Assembly (NCBI GenBank): GCA_018401965.1
Contig: JAGYJU010000018.1
Location: 26,243-90,242, forward strand
Reading direction: 5' to 3'
Length of the DNA stretch: 64,000 bases
From: Roseicyclus sp.
GTDB taxonomy: Bacteria; Pseudomonadota; Alphaproteobacteria; Rhodobacterales; Rhodobacteraceae
Every line of letters begins with the position of its first letter. Position 1 is the first letter of the stretch. The notes under the pieces were generated by a model. The model was not told where the DNA came from and did not search any database. It worked only from the letters and a program-made list of their open reading frames with translations. This document shows, piece by piece, positions 26,164-35,534 of the stretch. A program made the position numbers and the translations under genes.

Positions 26164-27570
26164 ATGGACCATTTCCCGATCTTCCTGGCCGTGCAGGGCC
26201 GGCGTATCATCGTTTCGGGGGGCGGCGAAGCGGCCTTGGCGAAATTGCGCCTTCTGCTCAAGACCACCGCGCGGATCACGGTGTTCGCGTCCGAGCCGGA
26301 ACCGGGCGTGGCCCAGCTTGCGGCACAGGGCCGGATCACCCTGATCGCCCGCGCGCTGGAACCGGGCGATGCGATCTGCGCCGCCCTGTTCTACGCCGCC
26401 AATGACGATGATGCCGAAGATGCACGGGTGGCGCGATTGGCCCGGGCGGATGGGGCGCTGGTCAATTGGGTCGACAACCTGGAAAACAGCGCCTTCATCA
26501 CGCCCGCCATCGTCGACCGTGACCCCGTTGTGGTCGCCATCGGCACCGAAGGCGCGGCCCCGGTTCTGGCGCGCGCCATCAAGGCCGACCTGGAGGCCCG
26601 TCTGCCGCAGACGCTGGGGCTGGCGGCACGGGTCGGCAAGGGCTTTCGCAAGGCCGCCGAAGCCTTGCCCATGGGGCGCAAGCGGCGCGATTTCTGGTTC
26701 GAGTATTACTTCAAGATAGCCCCGCAGATAATTGATAAAAATGGGGAAGATGGGTTGAAAATCGCCCTGCCAGGCCTGTTGGCACGCCATCTTGCCGCGC
26801 GCGCCGCCAAGGGCCGTGTCGATCTTGTGGGGGCGGGCCCCGGCGACCCGGAGCTGTTGACGCTTCGGGCGCGCAGCTTGCTCGACCGGGCCGACGTGGT
26901 GATCCATGACCGGCTGGTCGCGCCCGCCATTCTTGAACTTGCCCGGCGCGAAGCGATCCTGATCGACGCGGGCAAGAAGGGCTTTGGCCCGGCCATGGCA
27001 CAAGATGAGATTTGCGCCCTGATGGTGCAGCACGCGGCAACGGGCGCCCATGTCCTGCGGCTCAAGGGGGGCGATCCGTCGGTCTTTGGCCGACTTGACG
27101 AAGAAATCGAGGCGCTGGAGGCCGCAGGCCTTGACTGGTCGGTGGTGCCGGGCGTGACGGCGGCCAGTGCCGCCGCGGCGCAGATCGGCCAAAGCCTGAC
27201 CAAGCGCGACCGCAACAGTGCGCTGCGCGTGCTGACCGGCCATGACATGCAGGGCTTTGCCGAACAGGATTGGCGCGGCCTGGCCCGCCCGGGCACGGTT
27301 GCGGCGATCTACATGGGCCTGCGCGGCGCGCGGTTCATCCAGGGCCGGCTGATGATGCATGGCGCCGACCCCGACACACCGGTCAGCGCGGTGGAAAATG
27401 CCGCCCGCCCAGAGGCGCGGGTGATCGCGACCACCCTGGGGCGGCTGGCGCTTGACCTCGATGACGCTGCGCCGACCGGCCCGGTCGTGTTGCTGTACGG
27501 CCTGGCGCCCCGTGCCGCCGAAGCCGCCTTGCCGCGCCTTCAAGATGCCCCGAAAGAGGAATTCGCCTGA
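26164..27570 (+). CDS. cysG: Siroheme synthase
   Basis: FPIF and SGGGEAA N-domain; LVGAGPGDPELLT, RLKGGDP and VPGVTAA motifs. Confidence 0.95.
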   Translation: MDHFPIFLAVQGRRIIVSGGGEAALAKLRLLLKTTARITVFASEPEPGVAQLAAQGRITLIARALEPGDAICAALFYAANDDDAEDARVARLARADGALVNWVDNLENSAFITPAIVDRDPVVVAIGTEGAAPVLARAIKADLEARLPQTLGLAARVGKGFRKAAEALPMGRKRRDFWFEYYFKIAPQIIDKNGEDGLKIALPGLLARHLAARAAKGRVDLVGAGPGDPELLTLRARSLLDRADVVIHDRLVAPAILELARREAILIDAGKKGFGPAMAQDEICALMVQHAATGAHVLRLKGGDPSVFGRLDEEIEALEAAGLDWSVVPGVTAASAAAAQIGQSLTKRDRNSALRVLTGHDMQGFAEQDWRGLARPGTVAAIYMGLRGARFIQGRLMMHGADPDTPVSAVENAARPEARVIATTLGRLALDLDDAAPTGPVVLLYGLAPRAAEAALPRLQDAPKEEFA

Positions 27571-27872
27571 TGTCCCCCCGCCCCTTTACCCCCAAGGTCT
27601 TGACCGCAAACGCCCTTTTGGAAGGCGATGTGGTCTGGTTGGATGCAAGCGGCCACTGGACCCGCCAGATGGCCCGGGCCGCGCTGATCGAGGATGCCGC
27701 CACCGCCGAGCTGCACCTGCTGGATGCCCATGCCCGCGCGCATGAGGTGGTTGGCCCCTACCTGGCCGATGCCATCCCAGGCCCGAACGGCCCCGAACCC
27801 ACCCATTTCCGCGAAGCCTTCCGCACCCGCGGCCCGTCCAACCATGCCCATGGCAAACAGGAACAATCGTGA
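27570..27872 (+). CDS. DUF2849 protein
   Basis: VLTAN.L.EGDVVW, VVGPYL and RE.FR.RGPS motifs; cysG-DUF2849-cysI synteny. Confidence 0.85.
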   Translation: MSPRPFTPKVLTANALLEGDVVWLDASGHWTRQMARAALIEDAATAELHLLDAHARAHEVVGPYLADAIPGPNGPEPTHFREAFRTRGPSNHAHGKQEQS

Positions 27873-29542
27873 TGTATCGCTACACCGAGTTCGATGACGC
27901 CTTCCTGCGCGCCCGCGTGGCCCAGTTTCGCGCCCAGGTCGCGCGCCGGATCGACGGATCGCTGACCGAGGATGAATTCAAGCCGCTGCGGCTGATGAAC
28001 GGGCTCTACCTGCAATTGCATGCCTACATGCTGCGCGTGGCCATCCCCTATGGCACGCTGAACGGCGCGCAGATGCGCCAACTGGCGATGATCGCGGACC
28101 GGTGGGACAAGGGCTATGGCCATTTCACCACCCGCCAGAACATCCAGTTCAACTGGCCGAAACTGGCCGATGTGCCCGATATGCTGGCGGCGCTGGCCGA
28201 TGTGGGGATGCATGCCATCCAGACCAGCGGCAACACGATCCGCAATGTCACCGCCGACCATTTCGCGGGCGCCGTGGCCGATGAGGTGGCAGACCCGCGC
28301 CCGGTGGCAGAGCTGATCCGGCAATGGTCGACCGACCACCCGGAATTCCAGTTCCTGCCGCGCAAGTTCAAGGTCGCCGTCACCGGCCATGCCGAGGATC
28401 GCGCGGTGACGGCGGCCCATGACATCGGCCTGCGCCTTGTCGCGCGGGGGACCGAGATCGGGGCCAAGGTTCTGGTCGGCGGGGGCTTGGGCCGCACGCC
28501 GATGATCGGCAAGGTGCTGGCCGATTTCGTGCCGCTGGCTGATCTGCTGCCCTACCTGGAGGCGGTGGTGGCGGTCTACAACCTGCTGGGGCGGCGCGAC
28601 AACAAGTACAAGGCGCGCATCAAGATCACCGTGCATGAAACCGGTATCGACGACATCCGCGCACAGGTCGAAACCGAATTCGCCGCCCGAAAACCGCTGT
28701 TTTCCGGCATTGACCAAGCCATGCTGGCCGCGATCAAGGCAGATTTCGCGCCGCCGCCGTTCGAGGCGCAAGGCACGGGCGAGTACGAAACATGGCGCGC
28801 CGCCGACCCGGTGTTTCGCGCCTTTGCCGATACGAATGTCACGGCGCATCGCCAGCCCGATTACGCGATCCTGACCGTCAGCCTCAAGGCGCATGGGGCC
28901 ACGCCGGGCGATGCGACCAGCGACCAGATGCGGCTTCTGGCCGAGCTGGCGGAACGCTACGCCCATGACGAGCTGCGCATCAGCCACGAACAGAATGTCA
29001 TCCTGCCGCATCTGCCCAAGCGGCACCTGAAGGCGGTGCATGACGCGCTTTTGGCGGCGGGGCTTGCCACGGCCAATATCGGGCTGGTGTCCGACATCAT
29101 CGCCTGCCCCGGCATGGATTATTGCGCGCTGGCCACCGCCCGGTCGATCCCCGTGGCGCAAGCCATCGCGCTGCGCTTTGACGCGCTGAAGCTGGAACAG
29201 GATATCGGCCCGCTCAAGATCAAGATTTCCGGCTGCATCAATGCCTGTGGCCATCACCATGTCGGGCATATCGGCATCCTGGGCCTGGACCGCGCGGGTG
29301 TGGAAAGCTACCAGATCACGCTGGGGGGCGATGGTGGCCCCGATGCGGTGATCGGGGACCGCACCGGGCCGGGCTTTGCCTATGACCAGATCATTCCGGC
29401 CATCGAACGGATCCTGCGCGCCTATCTGGCGCTGCGCCATGACCCGGAGGAGACGTTCCTCGACACCTACCGGCGGCTTGGCGCGGGGCCGTTCAAATCG
29501 GCACTTTACGACGGGCAAGAGGCACAGGCCGATGCCGCATGA
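27872..29542 (+). CDS. cysI: Sulfite/nitrite reductase hemoprotein
   Basis: RLMNGLY, HFTTRQN, LPRKFK, IACPGMDYC and SGCINACG motifs. Confidence 0.93.
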   Translation: MYRYTEFDDAFLRARVAQFRAQVARRIDGSLTEDEFKPLRLMNGLYLQLHAYMLRVAIPYGTLNGAQMRQLAMIADRWDKGYGHFTTRQNIQFNWPKLADVPDMLAALADVGMHAIQTSGNTIRNVTADHFAGAVADEVADPRPVAELIRQWSTDHPEFQFLPRKFKVAVTGHAEDRAVTAAHDIGLRLVARGTEIGAKVLVGGGLGRTPMIGKVLADFVPLADLLPYLEAVVAVYNLLGRRDNKYKARIKITVHETGIDDIRAQVETEFAARKPLFSGIDQAMLAAIKADFAPPPFEAQGTGEYETWRAADPVFRAFADTNVTAHRQPDYAILTVSLKAHGATPGDATSDQMRLLAELAERYAHDELRISHEQNVILPHLPKRHLKAVHDALLAAGLATANIGLVSDIIACPGMDYCALATARSIPVAQAIALRFDALKLEQDIGPLKIKISGCINACGHHHVGHIGILGLDRAGVESYQITLGGDGGPDAVIGDRTGPGFAYDQIIPAIERILRAYLALRHDPEETFLDTYRRLGAGPFKSALYDGQEAQADAA

Positions 29543-30287
29543 CCGGGATCTGGGCGCGCGTGTCGCGGGGCTGAACGCGCGCTACCGGCACCATTCGGCC
29601 ACCTCGGTGATCGAGCATGCGCTGCACGATGCCGATACCGGCCAGGTGGCGCTGGTGTCATCCTTCGGGGCGGAATCGGTGGTGCTCTTGCACATGGTGG
29701 CCATGGTGGACCGGGCGGCACCGGTTCTCTTCGTGGAAACGGGCCTGCTGTTTCCCGAAACGCTGACCTATCAGCGCGAGCTGGCCGATCATCTTGGCCT
29801 GACCGATCTGCGCGTCATCCGGGCACACCCGGCGCGGCTGGCCATGACCGACCCGCAGGGGCAGTTGCACCGCAGCGATCCCGATGCCTGCTGCGCCCTG
29901 CGCAAGTCGGAACCGCTGGCGCAGGCACTGGCGCCCTTCGACGCCTGGATCACCGGGCGCAAGCGGTTCCAATCGGGCACGCGCGCGGCGTTGGCGTTTT
30001 TCGAGGTCGAGCAAACCGGCGGCCAGGACACGGGGCGGATCAAGATCAACCCGCTGGCGCATTGGGCGCGCGAGGACGTGGCGGACTACATGGTCAACAA
30101 CCGCCTGCCCCGGCACCCGCTGGTGGCACGCGGCTACCCGTCGATCGGCTGTGCGCCTTGCACGACGCCGGTGAAGCCCGGCGAAGACCCGCGCGCGGGC
30201 CGGTGGCGCGGCACCGACAAGGAGGAATGCGGCATTCATTTCGTCGATGGCAAAATGGTGCGCGGGCCGCTGAAGGCGGCATCCTGA
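29532..30287 (+). CDS. cysH: APS/PAPS reductase
   Basis: SSFGAES, CC..RK, ITGRKR, GYPSIGC..CT, GRW and ECGIH motifs. Confidence 0.95.
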   Translation: MPHDRDLGARVAGLNARYRHHSATSVIEHALHDADTGQVALVSSFGAESVVLLHMVAMVDRAAPVLFVETGLLFPETLTYQRELADHLGLTDLRVIRAHPARLAMTDPQGQLHRSDPDACCALRKSEPLAQALAPFDAWITGRKRFQSGTRAALAFFEVEQTGGQDTGRIKINPLAHWAREDVADYMVNNRLPRHPLVARGYPSIGCAPCTTPVKPGEDPRAGRWRGTDKEECGIHFVDGKMVRGPLKAAS

Positions 30288-30318
30288 CCCGAGGATCGGG
30301 GCGGTGGCACGGTCCGGG

Positions 30319-30343
30319 TTTGCGTATTTTTGGAAAGGTGAAG
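30319..30343 (-). repeat. Dispersed CTTC-core element (subtype A), adjacent module split by IS630
   Basis: Reverse complement CTTCACCTTTCCAAAAATACGCAAA. Confidence 0.85.
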
Positions 30344-30361
30344 GCGCGCGGTGGCGCGTTA

Positions 30362-31501
30362 TACTCGGAGTCACGGAACACCCGAACTTTCTGGGATTGA
30401 CGCGTCTCTAGCGATCGACTCAAGTAAGCGCATGATCCGTCCCGGTTTTCTTTCCTCTGCAGAGCGACGTGAACTTGAGGTTTGCGTGCGTAGCCAGCGC
30501 GAAGATCACGGTATTGCGCGCCGTGCGAATGCGATTTTGTTGCTGGACGATGGCGAAAGCTGCGTACAGATCGCGAAGTTTCTCTATCTGGACGATGATA
30601 CCATTCGGGGTTGGTACAAGACGTACCGAGAGGGTGGCTGGGACGCGCTTTCGACCGACGGTTGGAAGGGTGGTCAGTCCCGCATGACGACGGCTCAAGA
30701 GACGGAGCTTTGCGCTTGGCTGGACGAACGCTTCTGTCGATCGACTGTCGAGATCAGGGCGCATATCGCGGGACAGTACGGCGTGGACTACTCCCACTCG
30801 GGCTGCATCAAGCTTTTGTCTCGGCTGGGCTATGAGTACAGAAAGCCGAAAGGGCTGCCACGCGTTGCACCTGAAGAGAAGCAAGCCGAATTCATTGCCC
30901 TGTACGAGCGGCTGCTGAACGGATTGGGCGCAGATGAAGCCGTCTATTTCGCAGACGCGGTGCATTCTGAATACCAGACAAAACCCAGATACGGCTGGGT
31001 CAAGGCAGGATCAAACCCCGCCGTGACAACCACCGCAGGGCGCGGGCGCGTGAACATCCATGGTGCGCTCAATCTTGAGAATTTTGACGCGCCCTTTGTC
31101 GAGCCGACCACCGTAGACGGGGTGAGTGCAGCGCAGCTTCTCGCCAAGATTGAGGCTCGCAATCCTCTCTCGCGGATCATCTATGTCATCTGGGATAATG
31201 CGGCTTACCATAAGGGCCCAGACGTTCGCGAATTCCTCAAACGACCAGAGTGCCGCATACGACTTATCCAGCTGCCGCCCTATTGCCCCCACCTGAACCC
31301 GATTGAACGATTATGGGCGGTCATGCACCAATACGTCACTCATAATCACTACTACCCAACGCAAAAGCAGTTCGCGGATGCGGTCCTGCGGTTCTTTCGA
31401 GAAACCCTACCCAACGAATGGCAAACCTTCCGCGATCAGGTGTCCGATAATTTCAGGGTCGTCAATCACGACAAATTTCGGGTCTTGGGGTGACCTCGGT
31501 A
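30362..31501 (+). mobile_element. IS630 family insertion sequence with TA target duplication
   Basis: Imperfect IRs TACTCGGAGTCACGGAACACCCGAACTTT and (rc) TACCGAGGTCACCCCAAGACCCGAAATTT, flanked by TA at 30360-61 and 31502-03; visibly lower GC than the flanks. Confidence 0.92.
30432..31493 (+). CDS. IS630 family transposase
   Basis: N-terminal HTH; DDE triad YFAD, WDNAAYH and LPPYCPHLNPIERLW. Confidence 0.93.
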   Translation: MIRPGFLSSAERRELEVCVRSQREDHGIARRANAILLLDDGESCVQIAKFLYLDDDTIRGWYKTYREGGWDALSTDGWKGGQSRMTTAQETELCAWLDERFCRSTVEIRAHIAGQYGVDYSHSGCIKLLSRLGYEYRKPKGLPRVAPEEKQAEFIALYERLLNGLGADEAVYFADAVHSEYQTKPRYGWVKAGSNPAVTTTAGRGRVNIHGALNLENFDAPFVEPTTVDGVSAAQLLAKIEARNPLSRIIYVIWDNAAYHKGPDVREFLKRPECRIRLIQLPPYCPHLNPIERLWAVMHQYVTHNHYYPTQKQFADAVLRFFRETLPNEWQTFRDQVSDNFRVVNHDKFRVLG

Positions 31502-31532
31502 TAACCTTAATATCGGATGAAGGGTGAGGCGG

Positions 31533-31967
31533 ATGGGCGATGGGCCGATAATGCGCGACGACGGGTTTCACGGCGAGGATTGGCAGGGGCAGATCCTGCC
31601 CTTGGCCGCCTTTGCCGACGAGGCGCTGGCCCATGAGGGGCCGGGGCCGGGGCTCGAGCTGGACCCGGGCGATGACCTTGCGACTTTGGCCGCGCATCTG
31701 GACCGGATCGGCCTGATCCGGATCCGGTTCGGCAGTTTTGCCGATGGGCGCGGGTTCACCGTGGCGCGGCGGTTGCGCGCGATGGGCTATGCCGGGCGGC
31801 TGCGCGCGGCCGGGCCGGTTCTGGCCGATCATTACGCCATGGCGCGCCGCGCGGGCTTTGACGAGGTGGAACTGGACGCGGGGATCGCGGCCCGCCAGCC
31901 CGAGGAGCAATGACGCGCGCGGGCCGATTGGCGGGCGGGCGATTACCTCGCGCGGCTGCGCGGCTGA
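31533..31967 (+). CDS. DUF934 protein (in-frame TGA at 31911-31913)
   Basis: F.SFADGRGF..ARRLR..GY.G.LRA.G and R.GFD motifs; cysH-DUF934-fpr synteny. Confidence 0.85.
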
Positions 31968-31992
31968 GGGTCGCGCAGAGGACAGGGTTTCC

Positions 31993-32006
31993 CTGACCCA
32001 GATCAA
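31993..32006. promoter_or_regulatory. FNR-like box upstream of fpr
   Basis: CTGAC-CCAG-ATCAA (2 mismatches). Confidence 0.45.
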
Positions 32007-32043
32007 GGCTTACACAAGGGGGCACCGCTAGACCGGCGCCAAG

Positions 32044-32910
32044 ATGGACATGACCGAGCAAAGACCCGTGACAGAGACATTTACCCACCCTGCGCCCAAG
32101 GCGACGCCCACCCTGCCCGATGCGCAGACCGTGACCGAGGTGCAGCATTACACCGACCGGCTGTTCCGGTTTCGCTGCACGCGGCCCGCAAGCCTAAGGT
32201 TCCGGTCGGGCGAATTCGTCATGATCGGGCTGATGGGCGACCCCGACCCCGAAAGCGGCAAGCAAAAGCCGCTCTTGCGGGCCTATTCGATCGCCTCGCC
32301 CTCCTGGGATGACGAGCTGGAATTCTATTCGATCAAGGTGCCCGATGGCCCGCTGACCTCAAGGCTGCAACATGTCCAGCCGGGCGATCAGATCATCCTG
32401 CGGCCCAAGCCCGTGGGCACGCTGGTGCATGATGCGCTCTTGCCGGGCAAGCGGCTCTGGTTCTTTGCCACCGGCACCGGCATCGCGCCCTTTGCCAGCC
32501 TGCTGCGCGATCCGCAGACCTATGCCGATTACGACGAGGTGATCCTGACCCATACCTGCCGCGAGGTCGGAGAGCTGACCTATGGGGCAGAGCTGATCGC
32601 AGAGATCCGCGGCGACGAGATGCTGGCAGAGCTGATCGGCGACGGCTTTGCCGACACGCTGCGCTATTACCCGACCACCACCCGGGAGCAGAGCCCCAAG
32701 ATGGGCCGGATCACCGACCTGATGCGGTCGGGCGAGGTGTTTGCGGATCTCGGTGTTGCCCCCTTGTCGCCCGAAACCGACCGCGCGATGGTCTGTGGCA
32801 ACCTGGCTTTCAACCTCGACATCAAGGCGATGCTGGAAGGCTACGGGTTGAGCGAGGGCGCGAATTCCAAGCCCGGCGAATACGTCGTGGAAAAGGCTTT
32901 CCTGGATTGA
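32044..32910 (+). CDS. fpr: Ferredoxin--NADP reductase
   Basis: FRSGEFVMIG, RAYSIAS, GPLTSRL, TGTGIAPF and VVEKAF motifs. Confidence 0.95.
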   Translation: MDMTEQRPVTETFTHPAPKATPTLPDAQTVTEVQHYTDRLFRFRCTRPASLRFRSGEFVMIGLMGDPDPESGKQKPLLRAYSIASPSWDDELEFYSIKVPDGPLTSRLQHVQPGDQIILRPKPVGTLVHDALLPGKRLWFFATGTGIAPFASLLRDPQTYADYDEVILTHTCREVGELTYGAELIAEIRGDEMLAELIGDGFADTLRYYPTTTREQSPKMGRITDLMRSGEVFADLGVAPLSPETDRAMVCGNLAFNLDIKAMLEGYGLSEGANSKPGEYVVEKAFLD

Positions 32911-32952
32911 TCCTTGAGCGGTGCAGGGATTGCCCGCCAACCGCCGGACATG

Positions 32953-32987
32953 AAAAAGCCCCCCAGGATTGGACCATGGGGGGCTTT
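32953..32987. terminator. Probable bidirectional terminator between convergent genes
   Basis: AAAAAGCCCCCCA...TGGGGGGCTTT. Confidence 0.75.
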
Positions 32988-33004
32988 CCTTGGTGCTGCT
33001 GCGT

Positions 33005-33645
33005 TTACTGGCCGAGGCCAAGCGCCGCGCGGGCCTGATCGAGCGCGGCCTGCAACAACGCCGGGTCGTCGCCCGCGCCGCGCAGCGCGGTGATCACGGA
33101 CTGGCGCGTGATGGGCGACAGATCTGCCGCCTCGAGCGCCGCGATGGCCTGATCGATGTCAAAACCCTCGGCGGTGAAGATATCGCCCAGGGCGGCATCG
33201 CCCGTGGCTTCCGCCGCGACGGCGGCGTCACCGGTGGCGGTGTCGATCGCGGTTTCCACCGCCTCGACCGCATCGGATGCTGCCTCTGTTGCGCCGTCCA
33301 CGGCATCGGCGGCCAGAGTTGCGGCGGTTGCGGCGGCGCCCTCGGCGGCGGCGGCGGCTTCGGCGGCGGCGGCTTCAGCGGCGGCTGCGGCCTCTGCGGC
33401 GGCGGCTTCGGCTGCGGCTGCGGCCTCTGCGGCGGCAGCTTCGGCTGCGGCTGCGGCTTCGGCGGCGGCGGCTTCGGCGGCGGCTTGTTCAGCGGCGGCG
33501 GCTTCGCTGCCTCGATGGCGGCGGCCTCTGCGGCCTCGATGGCGGCGGCCTCTTGCGCGGCACGTTCGCGCGCGGGCTGCGTCACGAAATATCCGCCGAC
33601 GCCAAGCGCCGCGAGGATGGCGATGATGATGAGAACCCGGTTCAT
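33005..33645 (-). CDS. Membrane-anchored Ala/Glu-rich low-complexity protein (frameshift near 33505)
   Basis: MNRVLIIIAILAALGVGGYF anchor followed by EAAAA repeats continuing in ORF 33005..33667. Confidence 0.7.
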
Positions 33646-33824
33646 AACTTCCCCCATTGGGATACATAAAGATCGGATGCGCTTACGCCTCTGGCGGAGC
33701 ACACGCAATGCTGCATCGCAGCGGCCGCGATGAAACCGGCGAACACCTGCCAATTCGCCTTGAAAGACGGGGGGTACACAGGTAACTTGCCGGCTCGAAC
33801 ACCGGCAACCTCAGGAGGCCCCCC

Positions 33825-34367
33825 ATAGCCCGCAGACCCCACAATGCGCCGCCGCAACGCGACACCGGCCCGCGCATCAATGACCGAATTCGCGCCCCCG
33901 AGATCCGCCTGATCGGCGCCGAGGGCGAAAATGTCGGGGTGGTGACCCCAGCCCGCGCCATGGCCATGGCCGAAGAGGCCGGGCTTGACCTTGTCGAAAT
34001 CTCGCCCAATGCCGAGCCGCCCGTGTGCAAGATCATGGATTTCGGCAAGTTCAAGTACGAGACCCAGAAACGCGAGGCAGAGGCGCGCAAGAAGCAGAAG
34101 ATCATCGAGGTCAAGGAGGTCAAGTTCCGCCCGAACACCGACACCCATGACTACGAGGTCAAGATGCGCAGCGTGACCAAGTTCCTCGAGAACGGGGACA
34201 AGGTGAAGGTCACGCTCCGGTTCCGGGGGCGCGAAATGGCGCACCAGAACCTGGGTCGCGACCTGTTGGAACGGGTGGCCGCCGATGTCGATGGCTTGGG
34301 CAAGGTGGAAAACATGCCCAAGATGGAAGGCCGCCAGATGGTGATGATGATCGGCCCGGCACGCTAG
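33825..34367 (+). CDS. infC: Translation initiation factor IF-3, ATA start codon
   Basis: AGGAGG followed by ATA GCC CGC AGA CCC; [16 protein letters not shown] and [10 protein letters not shown] motifs. Confidence 0.95.
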   Translation: MARRPHNAPPQRDTGPRINDRIRAPEIRLIGAEGENVGVVTPARAMAMAEEAGLDLVEISPNAEPPVCKIMDFGKFKYETQKREAEARKKQKIIEVKEVKFRPNTDTHDYEVKMRSVTKFLENGDKVKVTLRFRGREMAHQNLGRDLLERVAADVDGLGKVENMPKMEGRQMVMMIGPAR

Positions 34368-34389
34368 GCCGCGACACCATCCGATGAAC

Positions 34390-34417
34390 AGGCGCGCCCG
34401 ATGGCGCGCCTTTTTTT
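34390..34417 (+). terminator. Terminator after infC
   Basis: GGCGCGCC-CGAT-GGCGCGCC followed by T7. Confidence 0.85.
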
Positions 34418-34516
34418 GGGCCGGGCCGTCCGGGGGCCGGCAGGCCCGGCGGCCGATCCTGCGCCCCGCGATGTCTTGTCTTGAACCGCCCACGATGTTG
34501 CGGCATGTTCCTGACC

Positions 34517-35479
34517 ATGGTGCGTGTGAGTTTCGTTCTTTTCCCCGGCTTCCCGATGTTGGCCTATGCCTTGGCCCGCGAAGCGCTTGATATTGCCAAC
34601 CGTGTCCTGGGCGATGTGACCTTTGGCTGTGACACGCGCATCCCCGGACATGTCCAGACAACGGCCTCGAACGGGGCGGTCATGGCGCCCGATCGCGCCG
34701 ATTGGGACGGGGCCGATAGCATCGATCTGGCCCTGGTGATCTGCGGCGATACCGTGCCCGCGCGCATTCCAAACGGGTTCCAAGCCTATCTGGCCCGCGT
34801 GGCCGAGGCAGGGGGGCGGCTTGGGGGTGTCGATACCGGCACCCTGATCCTCGCCCGGATCGGGCATCTGGATGGTCGCCGCGCGGTGGTGTCACGCGGC
34901 GCGGGCGGCGGCCCGCAGGATCCGTTTCCCGCCATCGACATCTGTGACCGCCCCCATGTGCTGGATGATCGGCGGCTGACGGTCGCGGGCGGGGTCGCGG
35001 TGGGCGATGCGATCTGTGCCTGGATCGCCGAGGTCGCCACTCCCGCGCTGGCCGACGAGGTGGCCCATGCGCTCGCCACCGGGCGGCTGCGCGACCGGCC
35101 AAGCCCGGATGAACCGGCCAGCACCGCCCAAAGCGACCCGGTCATCGCCGCGATGGAAGCAAAGATGCGCGCCCATATGGCCAATCCCCTGCCCCTGTCC
35201 GACCTGGCCGACAGCCTCGGGCTGAGCCGCAAGGCGTTGCGCGGGCGCTGCGTGCGCGCACTTGGGGTCAAGCCGTCGGATTTCTACCTCGATCTGCGCC
35301 TGCGCCACGGGGCCGATCTGTTGCGCCACACCGCGATGCCGATTTCCCAGATCGCAGAGGCCAGCGGCTTTGACACGTTGGCGGGGTTTTCGCGATCCAT
35401 CCGCAACGCGCTGGGTGTCAGCCCCTCGGCGGTGCGCAAGATGGCACGGGCGGCCAAGATGGTCGCCAAATACGCCTGA
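34517..35479 (+). CDS. GlxA family (DJ-1 + AraC HTH) transcriptional regulator
   Basis: FVLFPGF, EAL.IAN and GGVDTG; C-terminal IAEASGF...FSR HTH. Confidence 0.85.
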   Translation: MVRVSFVLFPGFPMLAYALAREALDIANRVLGDVTFGCDTRIPGHVQTTASNGAVMAPDRADWDGADSIDLALVICGDTVPARIPNGFQAYLARVAEAGGRLGGVDTGTLILARIGHLDGRRAVVSRGAGGGPQDPFPAIDICDRPHVLDDRRLTVAGGVAVGDAICAWIAEVATPALADEVAHALATGRLRDRPSPDEPASTAQSDPVIAAMEAKMRAHMANPLPLSDLADSLGLSRKALRGRCVRALGVKPSDFYLDLRLRHGADLLRHTAMPISQIAEASGFDTLAGFSRSIRNALGVSPSAVRKMARAAKMVAKYA

Positions 35480-35487
35480 TGCCAAGG

Positions 35488-35515
35488 AAAAACGCCGGGG
35501 ATGATCCCCGGCGTT
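35488..35515 (-). terminator. Terminator after coxM
   Basis: AACGCCGGGGAT/ATCCCCGGCGTT stem with a T-run on the minus strand. Confidence 0.75.
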
Positions 35516-35534
35516 CGCAAGATCCCGGCCGGTC

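Noticed and set aside
24642-26339. 565-aa ORF as a large Lrp fusion protein
   Set aside because: The extension runs antisense through the DUF6455-like gene and out of frame through DUF3445; a one-base error near the stop explains it better
31911-31913. Selenocysteine recoding of the in-frame TGA
   Set aside because: The position appears to be Trp rather than Cys, and I see no convincing SECIS element
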